Assembly (NCBI GenBank): GCA_013239625.1
Contig: MU054323.1
Span: 9,269,186 to 9,333,185, forward strand
Reading direction: 5' to 3'
Length of the DNA: 64,000 nucleotides
From: Lama guanicoe
Taxonomy: Eukaryota
This document shows, in pieces, positions 26,105-38,560 of the stretch (within the stretch, counting starts at the first letter, position 1; every line of letters starts with the position of its first letter). Made by a program: the position numbers and the translations under genes. The notes under the pieces are model-generated. The model did not search any database. It saw nothing but the letters and a program-made list of their open reading frames with translations, and had not been told where the DNA came from.

Positions 26105-26650
26105 AGTTCCAGGTTTGAAACTATTATTTTGAAACTTTAATCTGTTCACATGGATAGTGAGTTGGACAAGTTGGACTTGTTGGACTTAGTTTATCCTCTA
26201 GCTCCAGTATTTCTCTTATTAAATAATCAACTTAGTTGTCCTCAAAAAAGGTGTTTGGTTAATTTGGCATGATTTCTTCTTGGTCAACCTGTGTTATCTT
26301 TAGTGCTGATAGACTCATTTAAAGACAAGAATCACTGTCAAACTAATTGATCTTTAGTTTTAAGGCTTTTCATTCCCATTCAATTCCCCCTTTTAATAGT
26401 AAGGCTGAATTTAAATGTATCCAGTTTTATGGCACTGTTTCTGAACTAAGAATTTTTGAAATTATGTTTATTGGCCTAGTTGATACTTGACTTACAGTTA
26501 TTCTGGGTGTAGAAGTTTAAATGTATTTAAAGTAGCTAGATAGTTTGAATTTAGAGTATATTTAAAACTTCCTATTTAATGTTATTGATTCTCCATTCTT
26601 TACTTATAAAGTCTACTACTGCTATATTTACCCCAGTTTATTTTGATTTA
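26105..26650 (-). mobile_element. L3/CR1 LINE reverse transcriptase (RT) remnant; probably also 25240-25460
   Basis: Reverse complement cacaggttgaccaagaagaaatcatgccaaatt reads HRLTKKKSCQI, resembling CR1 QHGFTKNKSCQTN. Confidence 0.55.
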
Positions 26651-27038
26651 CCATTGAGTAATATGTAAACATTAGGGCAGTGGTTATGGACTTAGGGAAG
26701 TAAATAAACTGAGAATCCCCATAACAAGGTAAGGTGAACAATTAGAGGGTAAGCTGACAGCAGATCAGCCCCCGGGAGGACCCAGTAGAAGTGGGAGCTG
26801 AGATTCTAGAAGTAAAATATAGGCATATGAGTTAGTTCCTGGTCCAGAAGCAGGGTATAAAGATGAGTCATGAAGAGTGAAGCACATTTGAGCTTGGCGT
26901 GCTGGTTCAGGAATGTGTTGTTAAAGGATGGCTTGCTAATGGAATACAAATCCATACCAAGAATCTGGTTGAGAAACACAGGACCCTAACAGAAAGAAAG
27001 GAGTTTGATTTTGAGCCAAGATTTTTTGAGTCAGGTAT

Positions 27039-27209
27039 TGTATTAGTTTCCTATTGCTGCTGTAAAAAATTACAACAGACTTGGAGGCTTAAAACAACAC
27101 AAATGTATTATAGTTCTGGTGGTCAGAAGTCTGAAATGGGTCCCCTTGGGCTAAAATCAAAGTGTTGGCGAGGCTGCGTTCCTTCTGAAAGCTCTAGGGG
27201 AGACTCTTT
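27039..27209. mobile_element. MLT1D-like LTR fragment
   Basis: tgtattagtttcctattgctgctgtaa...ggtcagaagtctgaaatggg...gctctagggg. Confidence 0.75.
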
Positions 27210-27214
27210 GAGGA

Positions 27215-27740
27215 CATTTTAAAAACTGGCAGATATGCTGCAGAGATATTATCTCTGAGAAGTTATGGAGGAGCAAAAAGATCCTAGAGGACTGTAGAAA
27301 GTAAAAACATTCTGGAGATTTTTAGAAGAAATTACACGCAGGTCTTTTAAGTGGATGATTTGCAGACATTTAAATAAGAATGCAGTAGTCAGTTAAAGTA
27401 ACAGTTGGGTAACTAACAAACAGTCATGGCAAATATATTTTACCCTTTTAAGGGAAGTGAATATCATTGACTTAGATGATCTCACTTTCAATAAAGCATT
27501 CAGTCCTTCCTTAGTAGTCTGCTAACTATATGCTCCTTTCTTAGTTGTTTGAATGTATGGAAGAGCTATGCCGAAAAGATATACCTCTTGTCGGCCCTTA
27601 GGTGTCTTGTGGACTGTCACAGCTTATCCTTTGACCCTATTTTGTTCATTGTTCTATTAGGTTATTGAAAATTGTGCTTTTCAGTTTACTACAGAATCAA
27701 TATTTAAAATTATTTTTATATTTATATGCACTGGGGTGCT
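27215..27740 (+). mobile_element. L3/CR1 LINE RT remnant
   Basis: ctggcagat...gagaagttatggagg...gaggactgtagaaag; gatgatctcactttcaataaagcattc resembles the LDFSKAFD motif. Confidence 0.55.
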
Positions 27741-28453
27741 GTGCCAGACCCATAAGATAGGCCAGGGTAGGACTGATATACATTTATGGAAAGTCCATGA
27801 TGCTAGATTTTGCTAGATAAAAAAAGCAGTCAGCTTTTGCTTTTGAAGGTGTTAAAATCCAGTTGAGAAAACTCAAACATATTTGTAAGAAATGATATAG
27901 CAGTGCTGGATAGATTAAATCTCATGTGCAATGTACAGCCTGTATATAAATTCAGAAGAAGACTCAATCACTGAGGAATGGAGTGACTGAAGAAAGCCTT
28001 CACTAATGAACCAGAACTGACATAGGCCCTAAAGAAAGGTGGACATATATAGCATTATAGGTAGAGGAGGTCAGTAGGTTATATGGTTGGAGAAAAACTT
28101 AGAGACATAGCATACATGGGGAACAAGAATTATAAGCATACATATGACTGGTTTACCAATCAAAAAATCACATCCATTATGTTATATTGGAGTATTCTAG
28201 CAAAAGGACATTTTTATGTGAAATAAATTGATATATGAAATAAATTGAAATGTGGAAATTAATATACTCTCCAAATAAAACATTGTAAGACTCAATATGT
28301 TCTTCCTGGGTTAAATGTTAATCCATGTGTTTTGATTCTCCTGATCGTACTAGTCCATCTGATAAATATTTTCTGTAATAAATCCAAGAGAGCATAACCA
28401 TTGAATATCCTTAGATTACAAAATCCTGTATTCATTTGAGAGAATGGTGACTT

Positions 28454-28709
28454 TTTTGTTGCATCAGATTTCTTTTTTTTAATTGAAGTATAGTTGATAT
28501 ACAATTTGATATAGGTGTATAATACAGTGATTCACAATTTTTAAAGGTTATGTTCCATTTATAGTTATAAAATATTTACTATATTCCCCGTGTTGTACAG
28601 TATATTTGAGCTTATTTTATACCTAATAGTTTATGCCTCTTAGTCCCTTACCCCTAGATTGCCCCCCTTCCCTCTCCCCACTGGGAACCACTAGTTTGTT
28701 CTCTGTAGG
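28454..28709 (-). mobile_element. 5'-truncated artiodactyl-type L1 3' end with TSD
   Basis: ttttttaattgaagtatagttgat...actagtttgttctctgt. TSD atggtgactt at 28444-28453 and 28710-28719. Confidence 0.8.
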
Positions 28710-29289
28710 ATGGTGACTTCTTGTTTTCACCTTTGTCATCACTGAAGTTTTCTTTCTGCCACGTGTGTTCACATTCTTAATCTTCCATTTCTGCTCTAAA
28801 AGTATGAGGCTCTTAAAAACCTGAGATGCCTCTTCCATTTTACTGTCAGCTGGCAAATGGAAAAAATTTAAAAACATAATAAAAGAGGGAGAGGTCTCTG
28901 AACTCCTGTCAGCTTCTGACAAGCATGCTAATTTGAAATACAGTTCTTCCTCCAACCCACCGCAGGCACTCTTCTTTTTTCTCCTCGACTTCCAGTTAGA
29001 GTTTCAGCAAGTAAACACTTGAAAGCAAACATTAACCCCCACTACCCCACTGCCAAACTCTACTAATTCTTTGCCTTTGTCTCCTGAAATTGATTCTCTT
29101 ACTGCTTTGCCCATCTCCTTTAATGAGTAGGTAGGAGTTTTGAACATTGTATTCCTAGTCTGTGCTGGTTTTACAATTTTTAAGAAACACCCATTTTTTT
29201 TTTTTTAATGAGGAGAAAACAGATGATACGTTGGGATGCAAGCTTACCTGTTCAGAATGAACAATACTTGGGTGCATGTTATTTTTAAG

Positions 29290-29512
29290 GGTATATTAAA
29301 TCATTATAGATTCATAAGAAGTTGCAAAACAGTATGGAGAGGTCTTACATACCCTTCACCCAGTTTCCCCCACTGGTTATATTTTACATAACCAAGAAAT
29401 TGACATGGGTACAACGTATGTACATGCCATCTTATCACATGAGTAACTTCCTGTAATCAACAGCAGTCAAGATCACCACAAAGATCTCTCTCCTGCTACC
29501 TCTTTGAGCAGA
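29290..29512 (-). mobile_element. Short L1MC/MD-like 3' fragment with TSD-like flanks
   Basis: atagattcataagaagttgcaaaa...acccttcacccagtttccccc. Flanked by gttatttttaag at 29278-29289 and 29513-29524. Confidence 0.65.
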
Positions 29513-30230
29513 GTTATTTTTAAGATTGGAACTTTAATTTTGATGAATGCCACAATGTAAGCTTACAGGTATTAAAATTATATATACTGTTCTGATAACA
29601 GTGTATCAAATAAAGGTACATGGTAAGTTTTCTCAGTGGGTAAAGCCTAAGGTCCCTATTGTACGTATCACCTGTCTTGTCAGTGTTTCCTGCATTTATC
29701 TGTTGTATCTGAAGAACCAGTGTTTGTTTAATAGCAACAAAGCCCAGTAAGCAAATTTGTGAATTTTTCTTTGGCTTTTGTTTTCATTCCCAGAACTCAA
29801 AGTTAGCTCATCATACCTAATGTTTTGATCAAAGGCATTTTTTCTTTTCTGCTATGAAATGAATGTTTTGAGATGTTTAAAACCACATCTTTTCCCATAT
29901 TTTACATATTAAAGATCACCAGTAGGTGATCTGTGAGATAAAACATTTTTTTAGCAACCAATTTTTCCCCTTTGTGGGTATTTTTAAACTAGTGGTATAT
30001 AATGAAGAATGTGAAGCAGTTACCCTTTTTTTGTTGTTGTATTTGACCCCAAATCCCAGTAAGATTTTAAGAATTTATGACTTATAAATTAAACTCTGGC
30101 AACATCTGAAATTCCTGTGCAGAAAAGAAAGGAACCATTTCATGGTAGCTCCTCGCTTAAGTTAATGCCTAATGCCCCTGTCATCGCATCTCGCTGTGCC
30201 ATTACATCTGAAGGGAAAGTGGATAAGCAG

Positions 30231-30563
30231 TGTTAAAAGATAAACTGAGACATATTAGAATTTCTAAGAGTTTATTCGAGCGAACGTTGATGCAGGGTGG
30301 TTAGGTGCTTTCTACTGATCAGAGTTAGGGCCAAGGTTTTTAGAAGACTTGGAAGCAAACAGGAAAATTATGTGATTGGCTATAGCTTAAGTGGCTGCAT
30401 TATTTGGGAAAGACTAGCTCGCTATTTGTGATTGGTTGTTTTTCTTAAACTTGAGGCATTTACAAGGATTGATTCTGGCTAACGGTTTGGTTTGCTTAAG
30501 TCTGCTACCAAGGCATTAGGTCTACCTCGGTATGTAGTGGCCTCCCTGCTTGATTATTTTATA
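30231..30563 (-). mobile_element. ERV1 solo LTR (MER93-like)
   Basis: tgttaaaagataaact...gagtttatt...tgattggc...tggcctccc...attatttta; flanks gcag/gctg. Confidence 0.65.
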
Positions 30564-31360
30564 GCTGTGTTAAAGTGTGAGCTCTTCTAGGGCTAAGGCC
30601 ATCTAGAAATGTGTTGTAGAGAGAGGGATCTGGGAGGCAGGAGCTTTGGGTTCTAATTCTGTCATTAAGTTTTGTGTGTATGTGACTAAAGCTTTTCCAT
30701 GTGTCACTTTCCTGGAGATAACGACTCTGTCACCCCAGCCTTGACATGGAGATTAAATTAGGTTCCATGTGGGTGGGAAGCAAACAGAATGAAGCAAATG
30801 TGAAGTTGTGCGATACAAAGCACTATTATTATATTAGCCTTCTTTTCTATATATTTGAAGTAACATTATAGAAGGTGCTCAATAAATTCTAGTTCCGTGC
30901 TTGTTTCTGTATTACGTCTGAGAATGCTGTTGATCATAAAGTACCCTGTGTAGGCCAGCAGAAGTTGCTATTACCAAGCTGCAGATAAAGTATGGAAAGC
31001 AAGGGGGAAAGGAAAAGGTACTTTTTAAAGAAGGAAAGCATTGCTTATCTTTCCAGGAGTAGTTTTGATGGAGCCTGGAGGATGGGGGAAAAGATTTCAG
31101 GGTATCAGGAAGGGAAGTGGTGAAGACAAAGTAAAGACAGTAGGTTTAGACAGTGTTTGGAGGAAGAGGGGAAAAGCATATTAGCTGCAAGAGGCAATGG
31201 GGTCCCTTGATCCTTCCCACTAACCAGGTGTCATTTCCCAGCCATCCTGTCAGGAGTGTCCTAGGTTCATGGCCTTTGGCAGCTGAGGTAGGTCTTCAGG
31301 TGTTTGTGACTGAAAGTATCTAACTTAACGTAGGAATTAATGATAATGGAAAAATATCTT

Positions 31361-31699
31361 CAACTGTGCTGCCCAACACAGGAGCCCCTGGTCTTAAATA
31401 TGTGGCTCTTGATCACTTGAAATGTGGGTAGCCTGAACCGAGATGTATGCAAATGTAAAATACACGGCAGAGCTCAAAGAACTGGTACAAAAAATGATCT
31501 CATTAATAATTTTTTATGTTGATTATATGTGGAAATGATAATATTTTGGACTATTAGGATATATTATTAAAATTAATTTCACCCGTTTTTCTTTACCTTT
31601 TGAAATGTGGCCATTAGAAAATGTTAAATAATCTCAAATCGCATATGTATACACGGCTCACCCTTGTGTGTTGCGTTATCTTTCTCTTGGACACCACTG
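31361..31699. mobile_element. MER33 hAT-Charlie MITE
   Basis: ctgtgctgcccaa...cacttgaaatgtgg...attaaaattaatttcacc...ttggacaccactg. Confidence 0.8.
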
Positions 31700-32209
31700 T
31701 ACTAGAAGGGCGGGAGAGGAGGGCCAGAGTGCTCTCAGAAGAGGGGCCAGGATATCTGGAGGGTCTGGAAGTGGATGGCTTTCTTACCACTGGCCACGAG
31801 GATGGAGTAGTGTTCTGATGAAGCCAGTCCCCTGTATGTAGCAGGGATACAGGGGCCTCTCATGCTCCCCGTTTGATTTATGCTACTTGGGAGTCATACC
31901 CCAGTGGCATTTGAGCTGTAACTTGTAGTTGCTCCTCTGGAAAGAGTGTATGTAGCATGATAGTCAAATCTGTTACAGTCACTTCTTGGAACTGTACAAA
32001 TTTATTTGTTTTTGCTTTTAACCACATAGAACTGTTAGAAGTTGAACATTATTTAAAATAACTGAATCCATGACAAGGGCTCTCACATTTTTATTGTGTG
32101 TGTACTGAAATTTGTTATATTGAATTTTGACCTGTATGTCAGTAGGAGTACTTAGGATCTTGCTCGCTGTAGTTTACATCTTAAGTTTTTACTTTATTCA
32201 CTAAAAGTA

Positions 32210-32235
32210 GTGTGTGTGTGTGTGTGTGTGTGTGT
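32210..32235. repeat. (GT)13 microsatellite
   Basis: Perfect GT dinucleotide run. Confidence 0.95.
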
Positions 32236-33489
32236 ATGAATGAGTGTACCCAGATTACTTCATACCTCAAGACATTTAAAGTGGATATGATAGCTGTCTC
32301 AATCTTACTGACATTTAAAAGGACCTTTATTATTATTTTTTAAATAATACAAGTATCAGTAGAAAATTTGGTTTCTTGAGTAGCAGGACACATCAAGTGG
32401 AAAAGATGTGGTTTTACAGAAGCCTGTAAAACACAAAGGAACCCTTTCTGTTTCCTCTGCCTGCACCTTGCAGGGCAGCGTATGAGGATGGGCTGGAATT
32501 GAGTCACCAAATTGTATTTGGGAAGCCACTTGTTTGTTCTGAAGTCTTGGGTGCTTTGCCCCATTTTTGATGGCATTTAGATGTTGGGAAGACCCCTTGC
32601 AATTTCCTCCACATGAAGAGAATCTACAAGTATCTTTAAAGGACCAGCCGAGTCCAGTTTTTAAAGCTTTCTCTTCATATAGTAAAAGGATAAAGATGAA
32701 GAATCTTGCATTGGAAGTGTTTGGTAAGAAAGCCCCTCGGACTTTTTTATGGCCTTTGGGAAATACACAAATAACTCAACCCCGCCTCCCCCAAAGAGTT
32801 TCCTAGTTTTTCAGTTATTTTCAATGAATTTATGGTGACACTAACTTTTTCACCATAAAAACTGCGGGAACCATGTTGATTCAATCAGGAGGCACCTCAG
32901 CCAAACAGAATTCTTGCCTGGGAGTTTGGAGTTAGTTCTGAAAGAGTAAGATTGGTCCTGTTATGAGTAGCTGGTCTGTAACATGTAAATCTGGAAGCTT
33001 TTTTTCCCTCATAGCATCTAGTCAAAACAATCAAAAAGTGGTAAATAGAGAGAAGGTGACTGTAACAGGAACCACAGAGATAGCAGAGATAAGAAACCGA
33101 GAAAAAATTCTGGGGGCAGTAGAGGACTTTGAACTGAGGCTGGGCTGCTTTTTTAATCTTAGATTCCCTAAGATACCTCATTTCTTTTTAATAAATTGTC
33201 TTTTATTTGCTCAAGTGAGTTTGAATTAGAATTCTGTCACCTGATGCTGAGTCCTAACTCAGTAACCTCCAAAGCATCCTGTAAATCTCTTTCTCAAAGC
33301 GTTGTAATTGTAATACTTTGTCTAGTCAAGACAGACTTTAAGCTCCATGAAGACAGATTGTATTTTGTTGGTCTTAAGATTTCCATTACCCAGCCTGGGT
33401 CTTGGCACCGCAGGTGCTCAGTAGTGTTTGTCGAATACATGAATTACAAATATCTCATTATACACACTTTTAATTTTCAAATCCCTTAA

Positions 33490-35600
33490 ACTTTTTTTGA
33501 GTGGGCAATATGTTCATATTATTCAAAAATCAAAATGTATTAAAATATATTTAGTGAGAAGTCTCCCTCCATCATTGTCTTGTCCCTCCCACCCAAATCA
33601 AACCACCTTCCTTTCCTTCTCTCACACCAAGGAAGCACTGGTATAACTTTTTCTAGTGTAGCTTTTCAGTTTCTTTATGTACATATAATCAAATACAAAT
33701 ATATATATATTCTCTTTTTTATGCAAATGATAACATATATACTGTTTTATACCTTACTTTTGACTTAATGTAGCACAGAGATTTTTTTCCATATAAACAT
33801 TCCTTTTTAAAATAATTGTATATTATTACATTGTATAATTGAACCATAGTTTATTTAATCTGAATTCTATTGCTGGGTATTAAAGTTGCTTTAAATCTTT
33901 CTCTGTTACAAACAATACTGTAATAAATAGTCTTGTATATGTCACATTGCATGTGTTCAAGTATGTCTGTAATATAAGTAACTAGAAGTGGAATTGCTGG
34001 ATCAAAGTTTATATGTGCTTATAATTTTTTTAAAATTAGCTATCTAGGTTAGTAGTCACATAGGTTTTATTTTTTAATTTTTTTGGTAGGGGGAGATAAT
34101 TAGGTTTACTTATTTATTTATTTATTTTATGGAGGTATTGGAGATTGAACCCAGGACCTCGTGCATGGTAAACACATGCTCTACCACTGAACTATACCCT
34201 CCCCCCACCATGTATTTATAATTTTATCACCAGAATGCTCTCATAAAGTTTATACCAATTTATTAACCCAGCAACGATAGATGAGAGTGATTGTTTCTCT
34301 ATAGCATTACCAATCGTATATTAATATATTTGCAAATTTCTGTTCATTTCCACTTTGCATAATGGCCAAGTTGCTCCTGTTGGACCAACCCATCCACAGA
34401 TATAAAGCCATGTGCCTCAGGGCTCTGGAGAGTAATCAAAAGCAGGCAGATACTGGATGGGGGTTGATACTTAGGGGGGAAAACAAAGCTTATGTATGGG
34501 ACAAGGTCAAAATATCTAATATGCGAAGGTGAAGCCCTAGAAGGAGACGAGGGGAGAAAAAGAAAGCAGGAAAATATTAGATTAAATAATGCCCAGATAT
34601 TTCCAAATACGATGAAAGAACTATATTTACAGATTCAAGAATCTCAACAATCTCAATTCAAGAATCCCAACTAAGACAAATGCAAGGAAAAAACAAGGCA
34701 CGTCATAGTGAAAATACTAAAAACCAAACATAAAGAGAAAATCTTAAGTGACCACGAAGGTAACACTTTATATGTAGCTGAAAATTGTGTCACTGGTAAC
34801 TTTTCATCAAAAACAATGGAGGTGAGAAGACAGTGCAGTGATATCTTTAAAGTGCTGATAGATTTCTGTCAATCTGGTGAAAAATGATGTTCAATTTAGT
34901 TTTAATTTGTATTTCTTTTGATATGAATGTGATTAAGCATTTTTTCATGTTTAAGAGTCATTTGTATTTCTTTTCTGTATATCGTTTCCTGTTATTTTCT
35001 TGGGTTTTTAATCTCTTTTTGATTAAGAGCATTAACTCCTTATGATGGAGTTGCAAATAAACTTTCCTTAGTTTGCCAGTTGTCTTTTGACTTTGCCAGT
35101 GGTATTTTTTCGCCATCCAGAAAATTTTTATGTTCAGGTAGTTTAGTTTATCTGTCTTTCCCTTTGTGGCTTCTGAATTTGGAGTCGTATTAGAGTCATT
35201 CTTTGCTGCAAGGTTGTAAAGACATTTGTCAGTGTTTTCTTCTTTATGGTTTTAGTTTAGGTTTTACACTGAAATCTTTAATCTACTTTGTCTTTCTCCT
35301 CGTATATGATGTGAAATATAGATCTAAGTTTTATTTATTCCTAGAGGGCTTCCCAGTTGTCCCACACCATCAGTCATGCCCTAAATCTTTTTGGGCTTTT
35401 TTTCTGGACTTGCTTCCTGTTCCATTCATCTGTTGATTTTACATCAGCACTACACTGCTGTAATTATTGTGTCTTCAGGTGATGCTTTGCTGTCTGGTGT
35501 AGCTAGCCACCTCTCATTGCTTTTCTTCTTTAAGTTTTTCCTAGCTAGTATTGATTGTTTATTTTTCTACATGGTCTTTTGACTCAGCTTTTTAAAGTTT
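33490..35600 (-). mobile_element. Ancient L1ME-like antisense remnant, interrupted by a SINE and a sense L1 ORF1-like piece (about 34350-34860)
   Basis: ctagaagtggaattgctggatcaaag and further L1 3'/ORF2 antisense motifs; sense piece cagattcaagaatctcaac...gatatctttaaagtgctga. Confidence 0.6.
34024..34207 (-). mobile_element. tRNA-Ala-derived SINE (camelid Vic-type, long form)
   Basis: Reverse complement gggagggtatagttcagtggtagagcatgtgtttaccatgcacgaggtcctgggttcaatctccaatacctcca-(aaat)n-aaacctaattatctccccc-An. Confidence 0.9.
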
Positions 35601-36140
35601 CCCTCAAGTAATGAACCCCAAGGCCTAGACAGGTTAGGCCTTCCTGAAACATGCTCTCAGAGCTCTCTGCCCTTTCGTGGATGGTATTTTTCACAGGTTG
35701 TAATTTATAGGGATATTATTTTGATTAATGTCTGATTCACTCACTAGACTATAAGCTCCAGGAGGGCAGGGATCATGTCTCTGTTACTCACATTTGCAGT
35801 GCCTGGTATGGGGCCTGGCACATTTGAGGCTCATAATCCACAGTAGTGAATGGATGAGTAAATCTTGAGTCTTGAGTTTGAGCTCTGATTCTTCATTACT
35901 CTCTCAATGACTATAGGCAAGTTTCTTGACTGTTCTAAGCCTCAGTTTTCTCATTTCTAAAATAGGTATAATGGAACCGTATAGCTCAATGGTAGAGCAC
36001 GTGCTTAACATGCACAAGGTACTGGGTTCAAACCCCAGTACTTCCATTAAAATAGGTATAAATGAATTATATCTACTGAAGAGGGTTTGGGAATAATTAA
36101 ATAATATATCTTAGAAAACGTTTTTGTGAAGTATGAGATG
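35600..36140 (+). mobile_element. L2 3' end followed by MIR (MIR interrupted by SINE)
   Basis: ctagactataagctccaggagggcagggatcatgtc (L2 end); ggcaagtttcttgactgttctaagcctcagttttctcatt (MIR). Confidence 0.7.
35972..36047 (+). mobile_element. tRNA-Ala-derived SINE/retro-tRNA, almost tail-less, with 14-bp TSD
   Basis: gtatagctcaatggtagagcacgtgcttaacatgcacaaggtactgggttcaaaccccagtacttcca between taaaataggtataa copies at 35958-35971 and 36048-36061. Confidence 0.88.
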
Positions 36141-37194
36141 CTCTAATTAGACTAACTTTGGCTTTCCTTTTCACATACAGTAGTGCATTTAACAAGGAAT
36201 AATCTCCAGGTTTAGGCTATTTGTTGTCAGAGACCATTGGAAGAATCATCTTTACCAGGCTGGGCTGTCACCCGGCTCTAAAGTTACAGACACTCTTGAG
36301 TATATCTTAGCTTTTAGGTATTAAGAGCAGTCAATTTCAGGTGACAGTTTGTTTGTTGACAGCGAACAGTCTCCAAGAAAGGACGTAAAATTTCTCTTTG
36401 CAGGGCAACCCGGGTTTGGAATCTATTCTGCACAAGATATCTGTCTCTTCTAAAAGGAGAAGAGAACTCTGTCATAGCTGCTCTTACCAGAAGAAGAGCT
36501 TAAGCCTAGTTGATTGCCAAAACTCAGTCTTATTAGTTTGTTACTTGCCAATGTACTACAACTTGAAAAAAGGAAGGCTGCATGTATTTACTGCTAATGC
36601 TGGGAAATTGCCACTAAGGCAGTTGGCAGAACAGTTGACATTTTAACAGTTCTAGGTCAGATAATCTCCGTCTATCCAGGAGAAGGTTTGACCAAGGATT
36701 GACAAAAAAAAAAAAAGATCAAATGATTCTGTTCACTTGGCTGCATCTAAATGTCTCATTTTCAGCTTACAGGAAAGATTACTATGGAAGCAATCTTTGA
36801 CGTTTCAGCCGTTACAACAGAGTGGCCGTAAATGGCTTGAGTAACTGTTGGAGCTTCAAATGCAAATGCACAGGAAGAGTCGCTGTCTGAAGTAGAATGC
36901 AAGAAGGATTTTTTTCACGTGTGTTTTGCTCCTCATATGACATTTATGGTTCAAATTTTACATTAAGACATGTTTTAAATCGTCATTTACTCAGTTTCAC
37001 ACACAAGAAAGATCAGCTCACAGTGGCAGAACTGAAAGCTGGGTTCTTGAGTCTTAGTTCCAACGAGTATGAAGTTTTCCTTATTTTCTCAATGGCAAAA
37101 TAAAGAATGTATAATAGGGTTTGAAAGTTGGAGATCATAAAGCACTTTTATAGTTTCCAGGAGACCAAATTCTTTTCAGTCTTGAGTTTTTTTT

Positions 37195-37349
37195 TTTTGT
37201 TATGAATTTAGTTGTAAATCAGCCTGTTGCTGATAAACACAAATTTATATTACTCCTGAGATCAACATTTCTTTTATTATGAATTTACTTGTATAAAACA
37301 ATTTGCTGCCAACAAACATAAATTTATATTAGTTCTAGGATCAACATTT
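37195..37349. repeat. Diverged tandem duplication, two copies of about 77 bp
   Basis: Both copies read ttatgaattta.ttgta...aaaca.aaatttatatta...gatcaacattt. Confidence 0.85.
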
Positions 37350-38159
37350 TAAGAAGGGATAAAGTAGGGATCGTCTGAGCATTTTTGAAAGAATGTTGGT
37401 CTAAAATAGCCAGTAGAATAAAAATACATTGTACAAACTAAAATAGGGCAAAAGAGCTAGAATGCAGTGCATGGACTAAAATAACTAGCAGTTCAAATGA
37501 GTACAAGTGCTAAATATGTCATTATTTTTTGATTACCTTATATGTACAAGAGTTCTTTTAATTTTTTTAAATCCCACATTTTACTCCCTTTGTTATTGTT
37601 TTCAAAAGTATATTTAAGAACCCTGAGTCTAACAAACTAAAAGTTTTGAGACTGCCATTTTAACCTACAGATTGACATTTTCAGACTAATAGGTAGAAAT
37701 GGCTGTGTATTGATTGGTACAGGGTTTACCTCTATAAATTGAAAATGAAGAAATGAACTGAATTTGATTTATTATCTGTCCAGCCACCTCCCTTTCTCAG
37801 CCTCTTCCAATCCTATGTTACTTTTTAAAAACCTGCCTTAACATCCCCAGGACTGACTTAGCAAATATCCCACCAAGATGCAGTAGCCATTTGAGGGTTC
37901 ACCCATTTTATGAATGATTGTTGCGCATCCCTCAGGAGTTTAGAAATGGCTCACACTATGGAGAAGAGAGTTCCTGGGTGACCTCAGATCAGTATTAGTG
38001 TCTGTTTGTGCCACTGACCTTCTTGCTTGTTCTTGGACATCTAGGTGTGCTCCTGCATCAAGCCTCTTTACACTTGCCGTTCTCTTTGCCTGGAAAGTTT
38101 TCCCGTACATTTCACATGTTTGCTCCCTCACCTCTTTCAAAACGTCAATTGCTGCCTTG

Positions 38160-38560
38160 CAGACTACTCTGTGAAGGAGCTACATCCTTACCATTTGAGA
38201 GTTTTGAGCAAAGGAGGAACATAATCTGACTAGTGGGTTGAAAGGATCGCTCTGCCTGCAGTGATGGCAGTAAACTGCAAGTGAGCAAGGACTGAAGCAG
38301 GGAGGGTGGTGGCTGTTATCCAGGCCAGAGATAATAATGGCTCAGATCAGGTGGTTGTGGAGGTGGTGAGAAGTGGTTGGACTGAGGATGTAAATTGACA
38401 GCAAAGTCAGCAGGATTTGCTGCTGCTTTGATTGTGGAAGCTAGAGAAAAATAGGAGTCAGGGATGATTCTGAGGTTTTTTGGCCTGAGAGAATGGAGTA
38501 GAGTTGCCATTTATTGAAATGAATAAATATCCAAGGAAGGGCACAAAATCAGGATTTTGA
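38160..38560 (-). mobile_element. L2 fragment, antisense
   Basis: gagttttgagcaaaggagg...gaagtggttggactgagg...ggatgattctgaggtttt. Confidence 0.7.

Noticed and set aside
35979..36046. Functional tRNA-Val(AAC) or tRNA-Ala gene
   Set aside because: Incomplete acceptor stem, flanked by a TSD, inserted in a MIR, and matches the SINE family seen twice more in the window.
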